A stretch of 52,507 nucleotides of DNA from Octopus bimaculoides (taxonomy: Eukaryota), in NCBI RefSeq assembly GCF_001194135.2, contig NC_068981.1, forward strand, positions 117,597,520 to 117,650,026, given 5' to 3'. This document shows, piece by piece, positions 36,678 through 50,348 of this stretch. The position numbers and the translations under genes were made by a program. Numbering within the stretch: the first letter of the stretch is position 1; each line of letters begins with the position of its first letter. The notes beneath the pieces are model-generated. The model did no database searches. It was not told the DNA's origin and saw only the letters and a list, made by a program, of their open reading frames with translations.

Positions 36678-37786
36678 NNNNNNNNNNNNNNNNNNNNNNN
36701 NNNNNNNNNNNNNNNNNNNNNNNNNNNNNNNNNNNNNNNNNNNNNNNNNNNNNNNNNNNNNNNNNNNNNNNNNNNNNNNNNNNNNNNNNNNNNNNNNNNN
36801 NNNNNNNNNNNNNNNNNNNNNNATATATATATATATATATATATAATGCTCCCTTCGTAGATTTTATTTCCAAGGCGCATGTTAGCTAATCATTTTTTTT
36901 AATTTTTCGTCAAAAGATCTTAACTATACCAGATTGACACTAAGATATCTACTAACATAAACAAATGCATCAATATATATGAATATAAATTTGTAATCGG
37001 GACCTCGAAGCTGTTGGTTTCGAGTCAGTTGTCTCTAAATTTTGTTTTTGTCACAATACTGGAAGAAGCGTTCACATCTGCAGATCAGCTAACGTTTAAA
37101 ACTATACATATTTTCGCTTACTCTAATGGAAACAGCTATATCAGAGCCGTTAAGTTGTAGTTGGTAGACATCTTGGTGTGAAAATTTCAACGATGTTGCT
37201 TACGTATTTATTCAATAACTGATGTATCTTCTATATTTATCGCAAGTCCGTATTTCCTAAGGATGGTGATAAATATTTTAGCAACCGCATTTGAAATTAC
37301 TACGTCCTCGCATACATGTCTCTATATGTGAGCAAGTTTTGAAAATTATTAGATGGACTTTGCTGCAGCTCTAGAGTGACTAATTCATTCTATATGCGTC
37401 ACTTTTATGGCGGTTATTTTTTGTGATAAACAAGCGTTACATTTAAGGGCCAGTTATCGTTTATCTCCTTAATATAACTAATCAAGCAGCCCAAGAATGA
37501 TAAGATCCTGTATATAACTGTTACACTAAATTAAAAATTACAAACGCAAACTTGGTCACACACACACACACGCGCGCGCGCGCACAAATAATAGGTCTTG
37601 TTTGTTCGTTTACTAAGTTTGGTATTTGTTTATTTACTCCAAGACTTATAAATGGCACGATTGCTAAATTTGTCTTGCTTCTTCCTGGAATATTGAAATG
37701 AGCGTATCTACTATGTGATATTACTGCTATATTTATAATACTGTATTGCATTGCGTAATTTGTTTTTTTTATTATGATCATTATAT

Positions 37787-37995
37787 CTAAGGCGGCGAGC
37801 TGGCAGAAACGTTAGCACGCCGGGCGAAATGCGTAGCAGTATTTCTTCTGTCTTTACATTCTGAGTTCAAATTTCGCGAGGTCAGCTTTGCCTTTCATCC
37901 TTTCGGGGTCTATAAATTAAGTACCAGTTTTGTACTGCGGTCGATCTAATCGACTGGCCCCCATCCCAAAAGTGCCTAGAGTAGAAATGATTATT
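37787..37995 (+). mobile_element. SINE family A (MetaSINE-like), full length
   Basis: TAAGGCGGCGAGCTGGCAGAAACGTTAGCACGCCGGGCGAAATG...CTTTGCCTTTCATCCTTTCGGGGTCTATAAATTAAGTACCAG. Confidence 0.88.
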
Positions 37996-40504
37996 ATATT
38001 GTACCGTATTTCATTATTGGGTGACAATAAGCGCTGTGCAACTCGCGACGACTTCATTTTTCTCACTTAACGACAGCCAGTCAGTGTCACCCTTACCAGT
38101 TTACTGATTAAGTTTCAATATTCTTTATCACCCCTGTATTGTAACCTAGCATCTTCTTGCAACTTTCTGATGACTCAAGTCTAAAAATGATATGAGTATG
38201 TGCGTACGTGCATATATATGTATGTACGATTAATGATCAGTTTGTTATAAAAATCTCCATCTTCTTATCGACCAATTATTCACTACATTTGCTTTCTAAA
38301 TCTACGATCGCGGTTAGCAATTCTTCCTTATCTACTACAGTACACTGTACTATTTCTCCCATTAGTTATTTCTAACGTGCGCACACACACACAAAAACAC
38401 ACACGCATACACACACACACACTTTCCTTCTATCTGTCTGTCTCTCTCTCTTTCACACATACACACACACGCACATATATATATGAGGGTGTGTATGAGT
38501 GTGTGTGTCGACACATACATACGCGCATGTACAGACACAGATAGATGTGTGTGCGACTGCGTGTGCGTTGGAAAATATAACCGAGGAGATTACACGCGCA
38601 AGGAAAACTACCTTAACATTCAATAAACATAGCTGTTATGCAGCATGCACTTTTGAGCTCTATAGTTGTGTTCAAGTGTAATTTAAAGAACAAATTCGTA
38701 CGTCACCTAACATATTCTTTTCAATAATATCTGCAAATTTCTTCAGATATTTTTACTTCACAATATTTGGCTTCTTTGAATTGAAATCCACAATTCGAGA
38801 ACATTAGAACAAAAGAGGTGTCAGAGATCATGGCCATACAAGCAGATTCCCAAGAGTTAATGTGTTATGTATTATAGTTGAAATTCTGAGACCGTTATCT
38901 AATAGAAACTATTTTAATAATCATGTTTCTGTACCTTTATAAAGTTAATTAAATGCACATAATTAGTATCATGCGAGCAAACATTAAAAGCTGTCTACAA
39001 GTAGACAATATCGATATCACACATTTGTTAATACTACCAATGCAAACGAAAAAATTCTGATTCCTATAGTTAACAGGTACCAAATTTAGGAAAGGTGGTA
39101 GTCACATAAGGTAATCCAAATCATCAACCATCTTTATTCTTAAAGCATATCACATCTCACCGACATAATCACCGTCAAGACAAAAAGTTATTTCTGTCAT
39201 TCATGTCTGCCACATTAATCCACTTTTCATATAAGTTGCTGTGGGGCAGCACCTTTCCTTTTCATTTCAAATGGATGATGAAATCAAAGAAGATAATGAG
39301 GATTAAGTCAGAGAAGAAAAAAATTGTACGCTGTCCTACGGTCTTTGTCCTTCCAACATACACTTTTCGATAGCTACTAAACAGAAGAAAAAAATCCGTC
39401 GTAACTTGCTACACAAACATAACGACGTCTTCACAATCCCATACCTCAGATAGAGTGAACTCACACACGATAACGGAAGGCAAGAAGATAGGGCTTGCAC
39501 GTTTAAGAAGTTCAAACCACAATCACATGCTTTCGGGTTTCATACCAGTGCACTCGAACCTACGGCATATGTCTTCTATCGTAGACGCGATACGGCCCAA
39601 TCTTTCTCTAATACTTCTAGATATAAATCGTGATTTATTTCTATCTCGCCACCGCCATTCTTGACGGTCTCATTGCAAAGATAATAATCACTGATTTTCT
39701 TTCTCTAAGGTTAAAAGACATAAAAAAAAAAACGAATATAAAATAATTAGAAATCAATGGTCAGTGGACAATGAACTCAATTTGGGAACGTGGATAAGTT
39801 GGTTTCCGTACATCTCCGACACGTGGAGTACAGCAGAATTTGAGTTTGAATTATGAATATGAATGAGTGTATATAAATATTGCTGGTTATAGTTTTTTCT
39901 TAAGTTACATTCCTTGTGATGGAAACTTTGCCGAGAATGAACATTCAATTGTTCTATCTACTGAACATCCGATGATTTACACGTAACTGGCTAAATATTA
40001 CGCAGAAACCTGTAGCATTATACAAACCCCAGTGACAAAATATTTGGCAAGCCCACACCATGAAATTATTGTTGCAATACGTGTGACAGGCTTCCAATTT
40101 CATTCACAAGGTGCATGTCGACACTAGACTATTGTAAGGTCATTTTTCAAGCCCTTACTTAATGTATGAAAAGCAAACGCTTTAACCAAACACCTATGTC
40201 TGTGTTTAAAGCGCAAAATGGTTACATTATTAGGATCGCTCGAGTGACGTACAAAATACCTAGTAGTAGTTAGTTACATCTCTTTACATTCTGACTTCAG
40301 ATCCCACTGGCATCTACTTTATCTTTCATTCTTCCGGGGTCAAGTATTGGAGTATATTTACATCATCTTCCCTAACCCCAAATTTATAAACTTGGCTGTG
40401 TATTCCAAAGCATCATAAATATTGCTTAACAACGTTTTCTTGACTTGTTCATGTAAGTAAATATTTCAGTGGCGGGAAAAATAAACGCATGCATAAAATA
40501 ATAT

Positions 40505-40547
40505 CAGTAGCAGCTGCAGCAGCAGTAACAGCAGCAGCAACAACAGT

Positions 40548-40588
<41 letters not shown>

Positions 40589-40862
40589 AAACACACCAAT
40601 ACAAAGAACAACTACTAAAATTACCACAATAATAACAAACTACCACAATGGAACCAAAACCGAATCGCGTGCCAAGAACGAACCGCAGTATGAGTCATTG
40701 TTGGTAACCCACTTCCTCTTAAATATTGCTTGCTCGTCTGGGAAGATAACAACAACAACAACAACAACAACAACACGAACAATAAATAAAACCAAAACTG
40801 TTAGCCGTAACAATGCTACTACTATTAAAATAATATTAAAAATGATAGTATTTCTTGTAGAA

Positions 40863-40918
<56 letters not shown>

Positions 40919-40965
40919 GGTGGTGGTGGTGATGATGATGATGATGATGATGATGGTGATGATGA
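40505..40965. repeat. Cluster of trinucleotide runs (CAG/CAA, AAC, GAT, GGT)
   Basis: Read directly; intronic low-complexity sequence. Confidence 0.9.
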
Positions 40966-41201
40966 TAGCTAGCGAAGCCCATAATAGAAGGAGTTGGAGC
41001 AGCAGCAACACGTCACTTTGTAGTAAGAACTAGATTTGTATGAATGGGAAATGAATCCAGAGTTGGTGGAAGTATTTAATTACAGACAATATAAACGCAC
41101 ACATACACGCACATTTTGTACCTCACTCCGGCTCTATCCATCTCCTGCTTCATCTCTCTCTCTACCTCAGTCTTTTTGTCTATATTGGTATCTATCTATC
41201 C

Positions 41202-41265
<64 letters not shown>

Positions 41266-43712
41266 GTCTATCTCTCTCACTATCTGTCTATCTATCTATC
41301 TATTTATTTATTTATCCGTCATCACACACAAACACACTCGCACATATACATACAAAGTGATATATGCATTTACACATACGTCCACACAGATGCACACTCA
41401 AATACACATACGCAGACACACATACTCACACACACATACGCACATACACACATATGTATACAGAGAGAGAGAGAGAGAAAGAGAGAGATGTGCGTGTTTA
41501 TTTTCCCTAAATACATAGACATGCATGTATGCATGTATGCATGCGTGTATGCATGTATGCATGCATGCACATATGTATACATGCATGCACACAAGTATAT
41601 ATATTCCAAGCACGTATGTATATATGCACGCAAACAGGCATACAAGTATAATAGCATTCTTATGCATCAGAGTTTATACGTTGTGAATATATTTATATGT
41701 ATGTATGCGTGCGCGAGCGTATGTGCGTGAGTATATGCTTGTGTATATGTGTACGTGCGTGCGTGTGTGTATACACTACATAAATAGGTTGTAGTTCAGA
41801 ACTTAAATATATGCAAATCTAACGAATGAGGAGGAAAATTTCACGGTTAATAAAATTGTTGGTAGCAGAGGAATCTCATTCAAATCGTACTATAACATAC
41901 AAAATAAGAAAGGAAACATGGCTATCGTAACAACCGTGATGGTTGTATTTTCCATCCGAAACTATGCAGACTTTTGCACGTATACATACATGCATACATT
42001 CATGGATGCATACATACATACATACATACATACATACATACATACATACATACATACATACATGCATACATACATATATAAGATTATTATTTAAGTATAT
42101 ATGAGCATGTCTAGACATGCAACTATATGCATGAGAAGACATAATTAAGGAAAACATACAAATCTGCACATATACATACAAATGTATATACAAAAGCACC
42201 ATGTTGTTGATGTTAAAATTCTAAAGAAGGAACCTTGGATCTAGGTTGGAAACCGGCTCTTTGTCTATGAGTAAGAAATCTGAAACAAAACTGAATAATG
42301 ACATACACACATATTTACGTACATGTGTGTGTGTGTGTGTACAAATATAACTGCACGGTTACATACACATTGATAGACACACAAATATGCATATATTTGA
42401 ATGTGTATGTACTGGACCCACATTTCCTAATGTAGTGGCCAGGGAACCAAACGCTCTTTCTTGAGTATGCTTAGACCTGGTACAGCTCATTCGTTTTCTG
42501 GTGCGGCTAAAGCTGGTACTTCCCATAAAGAGGGGAACATAACGAAAGAAAGAGAAAAGAGAAGGGAGAGAAAGAGGAGAGTGATGAGAGAGATAAGTGT
42601 GAGAGAGGAGAGAAAATAAGAGAGGGGTGTAATCGATTCTAATACGGGAATGACTCCTTATTGATCCCAAAAGGAAGAATGGTTATATTGACCTTGGGGT
42701 TATAGCAACTCCGAGTGAAGTGGACCAGGATAATCTATTCATCGTTCTAATAACTTAGCTACCTCACCAGAACCAAATTACCCGCTAAAAACACATGGAA
42801 TGCGAAACCTGAACACATGGATCTAAATTTAAATCTAGCTTATTTTCACTATAAATATTTTCATCTTTTCCTTTTTGTCCAGAAATTTATATTATAAAAT
42901 AAATATATACTGGATATAAATATATATTGCACATAACGAAGGTCAATCAAAACTTATCGTGAGAAATAAAGTTACAATTCACCAGCAACAAAATATGAGA
43001 CCTCAAAACTAAACAGATTCAGCTAAGTGAATACTTAGATTTGTTTGCAACAAGCAAATCACAAAAAGTTCAAGTCTTCTCACTTTACCTTTGATTTGAC
43101 AAATCCACACATGAAATATGGAATAATAATAAACAAAACATACTTATTGAAAATAAAAGAAATACAACGGACTCGCTATAACAATATATCGAATGTTCAC
43201 TAACAATTATATCACCAAGACTTTACGCTAATGTTATTCCAAATTTCATAAGCAAACACAGACGACATTATACATTATACAAATATATTGCTTACTCTGT
43301 CTCGCATACAAGCAAGCAAATTATTTCTCCATTTTTAGTTTTTCTGACAACCTGTTGCATGACTAGTTCACTGGACAAATACCACCTTAATTTTAGCATA
43401 TTTATCCTTCATACAGTCGCACAAACCTAATACGCTTGCATCATGGACTATTAACCCAAATTCTAAGACTGACATCGTGACACACTTCAACTAATGAAAA
43501 TGCAATTAGCTACACATACTAAAATGTGAGTTTTCAAACGACGGTCAGAATCAAATATAACATAAATCTAGGACCCTCTCAGAAAACTTTCGAAAATCCT
43601 TGTATGTTTATGTATTTGTTTTACAAGATTCTTCATGTGAAATCGTGTTTTGAAACAGATGGTGTTATATTTCAGTAAGGTCATTTCGCCAATAAACGCA
43701 CGCACTATTTGT

Positions 43713-43943
43713 TTGATCTTCACTTTAGCTTTATTATTAGTATTGGTTTACTTGTCAGAGTTCTTTCGTTACACATTCTGTAATGTCCTACAAAAGCTAT
43801 CTGTTTTTGTTGTCTCCTTTTTCTGATCTTGTCCTTTCTTTTCCATTTCGTCTTTCCACAGAAAGACCAGAACGTGTGCCGAAAGAGCTCCTACCAATAA
43901 ACTAATAAACTAATAATAACAATAAAGCTAGAGTGAAGATCAA
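43713..43943. repeat. Short imperfect inverted repeat (about 55-65-bp arms, about 110-bp spacer)
   Basis: TTGATCTTCACTTTAGCTTTATT...GAGTTCTTTCG (43713-43768) versus CGAAAGAGCTC...AATAAAGCTAGAGTGAAGATCAA (43880-43943). Confidence 0.8.
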
Positions 43944-44014
43944 TTAAAGGGTGCATGTGTTTAGATGAAAAACGACTGTCACACACACAAATATATATAA
44001 ATGCATACATGTAA

Positions 44015-44334
44015 CTGGCACCCTGTCGGTTACGACGACGAGAGTTCTAGTTGATCCGATCAACGAAGCAGCCTGCTCGTGAAATTAACGTGCAAGTGGC
44101 TGAGCACTCCACAGACACGCGTACACTTCACGTTGTTCTCAGGGAGATTGAACGTGACACAGAATGTGACTATGCTGACCCTTTGAAATACAGGTACTTC
44201 ACATTCTTGCCAGCTGAATGAACTGGAGCGAGGTGAAGTAAAGTGTCTTGCTCAAGAATACAACGCGTCGCCGGGAATTGAATTCACGACTTTGTGATCA
44301 TGAGCCGAATGCCCTAATCACTAAGCCACGCGCC

Positions 44335-44338
<4 letters not shown>
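44015..44338 (-). mobile_element. tRNA-derived SINE (family C), full length
   Basis: The minus strand starts GAAGGCGCGTGGCTTAGTGATTAGGGCATTCGGCTCATGATCACAAAGTCGTGAATTCAATTCCCGGCG; homologous to 16590-16885. Confidence 0.88.
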
Positions 44339-44378
<40 letters not shown>

Positions 44379-44388
44379 AACGAATAGA

Positions 44389-44479
44389 CGCCCACAGATG
44401 GACTCGAACCCGTGACATTCAGATAACTCTAAGATCAACCTGTCAAAGTCTGATGTTCCACCGAATGAGCTATGCCAGC
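44389..44479 (-). pseudogene. Intron-containing tRNA-Lys(UUU)-like pseudogene (anticodon now TTG, broken acceptor and T stems)
   Basis: GCTGGCA-TAGCTCATTCGGTGGAAC-A-TCAGA-CTTTGA-[CAGGTTGATCTTAGAGTT]-A-TCTGA-ATGTC-ACGGGTTCGAGTCCATC-TGTGGGC-G. The 18-nt insert sits at the canonical 37/38 intron position. Confidence 0.75.
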
Positions 44480-44526
44480 ATAGCTCAGTCGGTAGAGCAT
44501 CAGACTTTTATAGGTTAATCTTAGAG
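44474..44526 (+). pseudogene. 5' half of a tRNA-Lys(UUU) plus the start of its intron, inverted relative to the copy at 44389-44479
   Basis: GCCAGCATAGCTCAGTCGGTAGAGCATCAGACTTTTA matches the canonical eukaryotic tRNA-Lys(UUU) D-arm and anticodon arm exactly from TAGCTCAG onward; it is followed by TAGGTTAATCTTAGAG. Confidence 0.8.
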
Positions 44527-44607
44527 ATGCATATATGAGTATGTGCGTGTATACGCGCCCGTGCGTTTGTTTATCCGCGTGTATACGTGTGATTAAAAGT
44601 ATCTTAC

Positions 44608-44729
44608 CTTTGGAACTAAAGGCACGGGTGATGGTTTCATTGTAGTAAGCCAAGGTTGGTAGACAAGGTCCAGATAACAATGCATTCGGGCAACCTGCTG
44701 TGGTGTAAAATGATCTGTGCAGTTGCCAC
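44608..44729 (-). CDS. PAPPA: Pappalysin exon A (end of protease domain): [40 protein letters not shown]
   Basis: Acceptor cattgtag|GT, donor AAG|gtaag; 122 nt, phase 1 to 0. Matches recalled human [25 protein letters not shown]. Confidence 0.96.
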
Positions 44730-45008
44730 CTACAATGTATAATGAAGTCTTAAATTAGTTAGATGTACAGTGCCGTATCTACCATTGGAACTACCGAGTG
44801 AATCAGGTTGTACTTCTGTATGTAGATGATTTAGTTCACTGAAGTTGTTTCAGTGAACTACATGATCTAAAACCAAAGTACCCCCCGAACATTATAATTT
44901 GCCTGATGATCTCACAACTATGATGTTTAAGAAAGAATATTGAATATTGATTGTTCTGAAGTCAGGATATGAAACATGAAATGATTCTTACCCTGAGCCA
45001 CCTATTAT

Positions 45009-45055
<47 letters not shown>

Positions 45056-45460
45056 TACACAAAGAGGCACACATACACTGACACACACATGCACACACAA
45101 CACGCACATAAGGTAAAAATGAAGAGGAAAATAGATTCCGAGATTTTGGAAGCAGAACTTCGTATACAAAATCTAAAATGTACTAATATACTTAACCACG
45201 TTGTGTTTTATATTATAGTTCTTGAAAGATGTCCTGTGCATATATTTACTCTGTTTAATGCCAGTTCTTTTTACTCTTTCCAATAAAATCATGCATCGTA
45301 AACTATTATAACATGTTCAACAACTACGCTAGAACACAGATCAATTGGTAATAACATCACACACAAACATGTATGTGCTTCTGAATATATATATGTATGT
45401 ATGCATTATACATACACACACACATACATACATACATTCATACATACATACATACATACA

Positions 45461-45494
<34 letters not shown>

Positions 45495-46422
45495 CATATA
45501 TATACACACACATATATATATATNNNNNNNNNNNNNNNNNNNNNNNNNNNNNNNNNNNNNNNNNNNNNNNNNNNNNNNNNNNNNNNNNNNNNNNNNNNNN
45601 NNNNNNNNNNNNNNNNNNNNNNNNNNNNNNNNNNNNNNNNNNNNNNNNNNNNNNNNNNNNNNNNNNNNNNNNNNNNNNNNNNNNNNNNNNNNNNNNNNNN
45701 NNNNNNNNNNNNNNNNNNNNNNNNNNNNNNNNNNNNNNNNNNNNNNNNNNNNNNNNNNNNNNNNNNNNNNNNNNNNNNNNNNNNNNNNNNNNNNNNNNNN
45801 NNNNNNNNNNNNNNNNNNNNNNNNNNNNNNNNNNNNNNNNNNNNNNNNNNNNNNNNNNNNNNNNNNNNNNNNNNNNNNNNNNNNNNNNNNNNNNNNNNNN
45901 NNNNNNNNNNNNNNNNNNNNNNNNNNNNNNNNNNNNNNNNNNNNNNNNNNNNNNNNNNNNNNNNNNNNNNNNNNNNNNNNNNNNNNNNNNNNNNNNNNNN
46001 NNNNNNNNNNNNNNNNNNNNNNNNNNNNNNNNNNNNNNNNNNNNNNNNNNNNNNNNNNNNNNNNNNNNNNNNNNNNNNNNNNNNNNNNNNNNNNNNNNNN
46101 NNNNNNNNNNNNNNNNNNNNNNNNNNNNNNNNNNNNNNNNNNNNNNNNNNNNNNNNNNNNNNNNNNNNNNNNNNNNNNNNNNNNNNNNNNNNNNNNNNNN
46201 NNNNNNNNNNNNNNNNNNNNNNNNNNNNNNNNNNNNNNNNNNNNNNNNNNNNNNNNNNNNNNNNNNNNNNNNNNNNNNNNNNNNNNNNNNNNNNNNNNNN
46301 NNNNNNNNNNNNNNNNNNNNNNNNNNNNNNNNNNNNNNNNNNNNNNNNNNNNNNNNNATATATAGTACAAAGCTATGAAAAAACAAAGCCGGAGAAGGTG
46401 TAGGAACAACAAGCAGTTGTAT

Positions 46423-46499
<77 letters not shown>

Positions 46500-46502
<3 letters not shown>

Positions 46503-48424
46503 GAGAAACTGAGTAGAGTTCAGCGGTCCAACATGGCGGGATAACTAGGAAAGAAGAGGTTGAATGAAAAGGAGATGATAATGGTGAGCCCAACGAATTC
46601 AGGTGCATGAGCAAGTATGTGTATGTGAGAATGGTGTGTGTGGGCGTGTATGTGTGAATTCAGGCGAGTAAGCCTGAAGTGTGTGCTTGTGTTTGTGTGT
46701 GTGAGTTTTTGTGTGTAACGTATGTGTGTGTGTGTGTTACGTGTAGCAGTTGATGTGTGTTTTTTCAGGTGGTGAGTGCACCTATGTATGCGCGTGTGTA
46801 ATGTGAACAAATAGTGTGTATGTGTATAGTGTATGTTTGCGGGCATTTGTCTACGCGTGTTGCGTGTTTTTATGCGTGTTGCATGTGTGTGTGTATATAT
46901 TGTCTGTGTTCAGGTATTATGTACGAATTTGTGGGAAAGTGCTGTGGCTGCGTGTGTAATGATGTGTGGAGTGAGTGATGAGTTGAACAGTATGTATGGG
47001 TGTTTGCATACACGTGCGTGTGTGGTGAGCGTACCGATGTAGGTGGTATGCAGATGTGTAGGTGGAGGGGCAGTTGAATGTGAGAGTTGTGTAGGAATCC
47101 GTGAGGGTTGCTGTCAGATGAAGAGAGGTGAGTTGAGCCCATATGACTCAAAGCAGCAGAGAGAGAAGGCTGGTGTCGGAGTGGCCCTTGTGCAGAGACA
47201 ATCTGAACATAGATAGATGCAATAGTGAATGACCAGTAGAGCGGAAGTAGTGTGAGGCCGGGGTGTCATTATCAACTCTGATGTCTCGGAGGTGCTCCGT
47301 GAACCGATCAGCCGTTTGACCAATATACAGAAAAGGACAGAGGGAGTAGGAGATGAAGTAAATAGCATTACTAGTGGTGCGAGTAAAGGAGTCGGTGACG
47401 TGATATGGACGGTGATGGCTGCCTGTTAGGATGGTGGTGTTGGAGAGGTAGGGGCAGGTGCTACAACGTGGGTGGCATCAAGGGATGGACCCAGGCTGGG
47501 AGACGGGGTTGGAAAGAAACTGTGGACCAGGAGGTCATGCATGTTATGGGCTCGTTTGAAGGAAGGAAGGGGTGGGTAAGTGAAGATGTGTGAGGTGGAG
47601 GGGTCGGACAGGAGTTGCCGAAAGGCTCGGAGAATGGTACGTTGGGGGAGTGATAGATAAGGGGAAAAGGGAGATGAGTAAGGTTGAGGCGGATGCGAGG
47701 AAAAAGAATAGTCACGGTCTACAGATCGTGCCACGGCAAAGGCAATGTGGATAATAATGAGGGGATATCCACGTAGGATGAAGTGGTGAGCCATAAGTTG
47801 AGACTGCGGAGAACCTACGTAGACGAAGGAATTGGTAGTAGGGGATGGAGAGCTTGGTATGGGTAGGATGGGAGGAGAAGTTAAGGTTGGAGTGTGTCAG
47901 TGCATTTGTAATGGATGGAGGTAGTGAAAGTGGAGTGGTGTATGCTTACAGAAATGTCAAGAAATTCGACGAAAGAGTTAGAGATAGTGCAAGAGAATTC
48001 GAGGGCTGGATGGAAGGATTGGAGAAAGGAGAGGAAGGAGTCCAGTTGTTCGCTGGAGCGTGAGGTCGCGCCGATACAGTCATTGATATAACGACCGTAT
48101 AGCTCGGGAGTGGGACCAGTGAATTGTAAGAATATTTGGGCCTCATCATAGCCAACGAACAGGTTCGCATAGCTAGGGGCCATTCTCTTTCCTATGGCCA
48201 CTCCCGGAAAATGTAGGTAAAACTCCTCCGCGAACGAGAAATAATTGAGGGAGAGGACAAGTTCGGCCAGACGAAGTAGTGTGGAGGTGTCAGGTTGAGG
48301 GTCAGATTGAAGGCTAAGGAAGTGTTTAAGTGCAAGAAGTCCTCGTTGTATGGGGTCACTGTATACAAACTTTTAATGTCAAGAGGGAACAGAAGTTGAG
48401 AAGGCCCAGGAGAGAAGGAGAAAG
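46500..48424 (-). mobile_element. 5'-truncated Penelope-like retroelement (RT and GIY-YIG endonuclease), decayed
   Basis: LDIKSLYTVTPYNE (RT motif A); MAIGKRMAPSYANLFVG...YGRYINDC...FHPALEF...FLDISV; PSFKRAHNMHDLLVHS; TSNAIYFI...LYIGQT...RFTEHLRDI (GIY-YIG). The 3' region is expanded by (CA)-rich sequence. Confidence 0.92.
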
Positions 48425-48452
48425 AGTTAGACAGAAAGCATATGCATGTATG

Positions 48453-48486
<34 letters not shown>

Positions 48487-49589
48487 TGTATGTATGTATG
48501 TATGTACGCATGCATGTATGTATATGTATATGTATATGTGTGCGTATACATGTATGTATATGTATATGTATATGTGTGTATGTATATATACATACACACA
48601 CATATACATACATATATACACATATACATACATAAATACACATAACGACACACACACGCACATATANNNNNNNNNNNNNNNNNNNNNNNNNNNNNNNNNN
48701 NNNNNNNNNNNNNNNNNNNNNNNTATATAAATTACTCGTAGCTATTCATTGCAGCTACGTAGCTGCAACACGACTTTAATTTTGTCGCAGTTCAAGTTGG
48801 AGTTTTAAGTTGTAAGTTAATATGAGCACTTATTCTATGTATCTGTTATATTAATCAGACGCATTTTTACCTGAACTCTACTCACTCTCTCTCCCCCTCT
48901 CTCTTTCCCTCTTCCTTTCTCCGTCTGTCTGTCCGTCTTTCTTTCCCTCTTTCTTTCTCTCAATGTCCAAGGTGATTAAGAAGTACCTTTCAATTTTAAA
49001 AGATAAAGGCGTATAAATTTACCATATATGTTATTGCAATTTTGCTTTTGTACACACTTAACTGTATATTTGCGCTGACCTAGTAAATATCCTGCAATAT
49101 ATTGTTTCAGGCAAAGCATCATAATCAAATAATGGAAGAAAATTTTTGTTGCGAATGTGGCACAATACGAACGTAGGACTGCCGCTCAATTGTTAGCACA
49201 TACCTAATTCTCTTGTTTGAGGTTGTCTGGGCGGCTGGCATTATAAGTTCCACCATCATTGTTGTTAGATTGGTGGCTTTGTATCGAGAAAGCTAAATGA
49301 ATCTAGAGGTGATTGAAGGCTGTACAAGGAGGTGTGAGTGAGATATAAATAGAAATGACGACGAAACATAAATTAAGAAGGTCAACTGACTTCAATTATT
49401 CGCTGGTTTTATATGAAATTTAAAGAGACTTTTAAACTATCATGTGCACAATCACACAGACACAGACACACACACATACACACACACTTACACGCAAGTA
49501 CGCACAAACACACACATACCATACGTACACACAAGTACGCACAAACATACACATACAACACACACACTCACACATACGCACACACACAC

Positions 49590-49639
<50 letters not shown>

Positions 49640-50311
49640 TTGATAGGAAAGAACTCGACATGACTCAAGATATTTCGTATGCAATATTTAAAAAGTTGAA
49701 AATGGGAAGCAGAGAAGAAACTGATAAAAAAAAACTAAACAAAAAAAACGGGAGTACATTCAGCTTAATGCATGTATAAAGACTGACAACATCATCAGCG
49801 CATCGTTTATTCAACTGAAAATTAAAAGTTATATTTTGGACGCAGAAAGAAATGTGGTCCGAAAGGCACTATCAAATATATAAAGAAACGTGCTCTTAAT
49901 ATTTCCACATGTCTATCGATTTTTTTAGTCTCTTTCCTTTCGTCTGTGTCTCTGAATTCTGCTCAGTTATTCGACTGTGTAAATAGGAAAATATATCAGT
50001 GAATGTGTATTTGAAAGAAATATGCGTTTCGACCCCTTTAATAGATGAGCCAAATTTTGAGGCTGCAGTCGCAGTTATCATAATCATTTTTTCAATAATT
50101 CAGAAAGCAACAGTCAACTGAAATTATGGTATATCATGCAAGAATAAAGAGGTTGGGGAGAAGTCAAAGTTTGCAAAGTGTAGGGAGAAAGCAATAATTT
50201 AGTGCAAAATGAAAGTAAATAATAGATACAAGTATAGCAGAGAGGAAATTTACATGTTATCTGAATGCTATCCCCTCCTACCCACAGATACACATACACA
50301 CACTCATATAC

Positions 50312-50348
<37 letters not shown>

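Noticed and set aside
40449-41033. ORFs with poly-T/M/V/I runs
   Set aside because: These are trinucleotide microsatellites with no splice signals or homology; intronic.
44389-44479. Functional tRNA-Gln(TTG) gene
   Set aside because: The acceptor and T stems do not pair, the body is Lys-type, and TTG is best explained as a point mutation from the TTT seen in the inverted copy.
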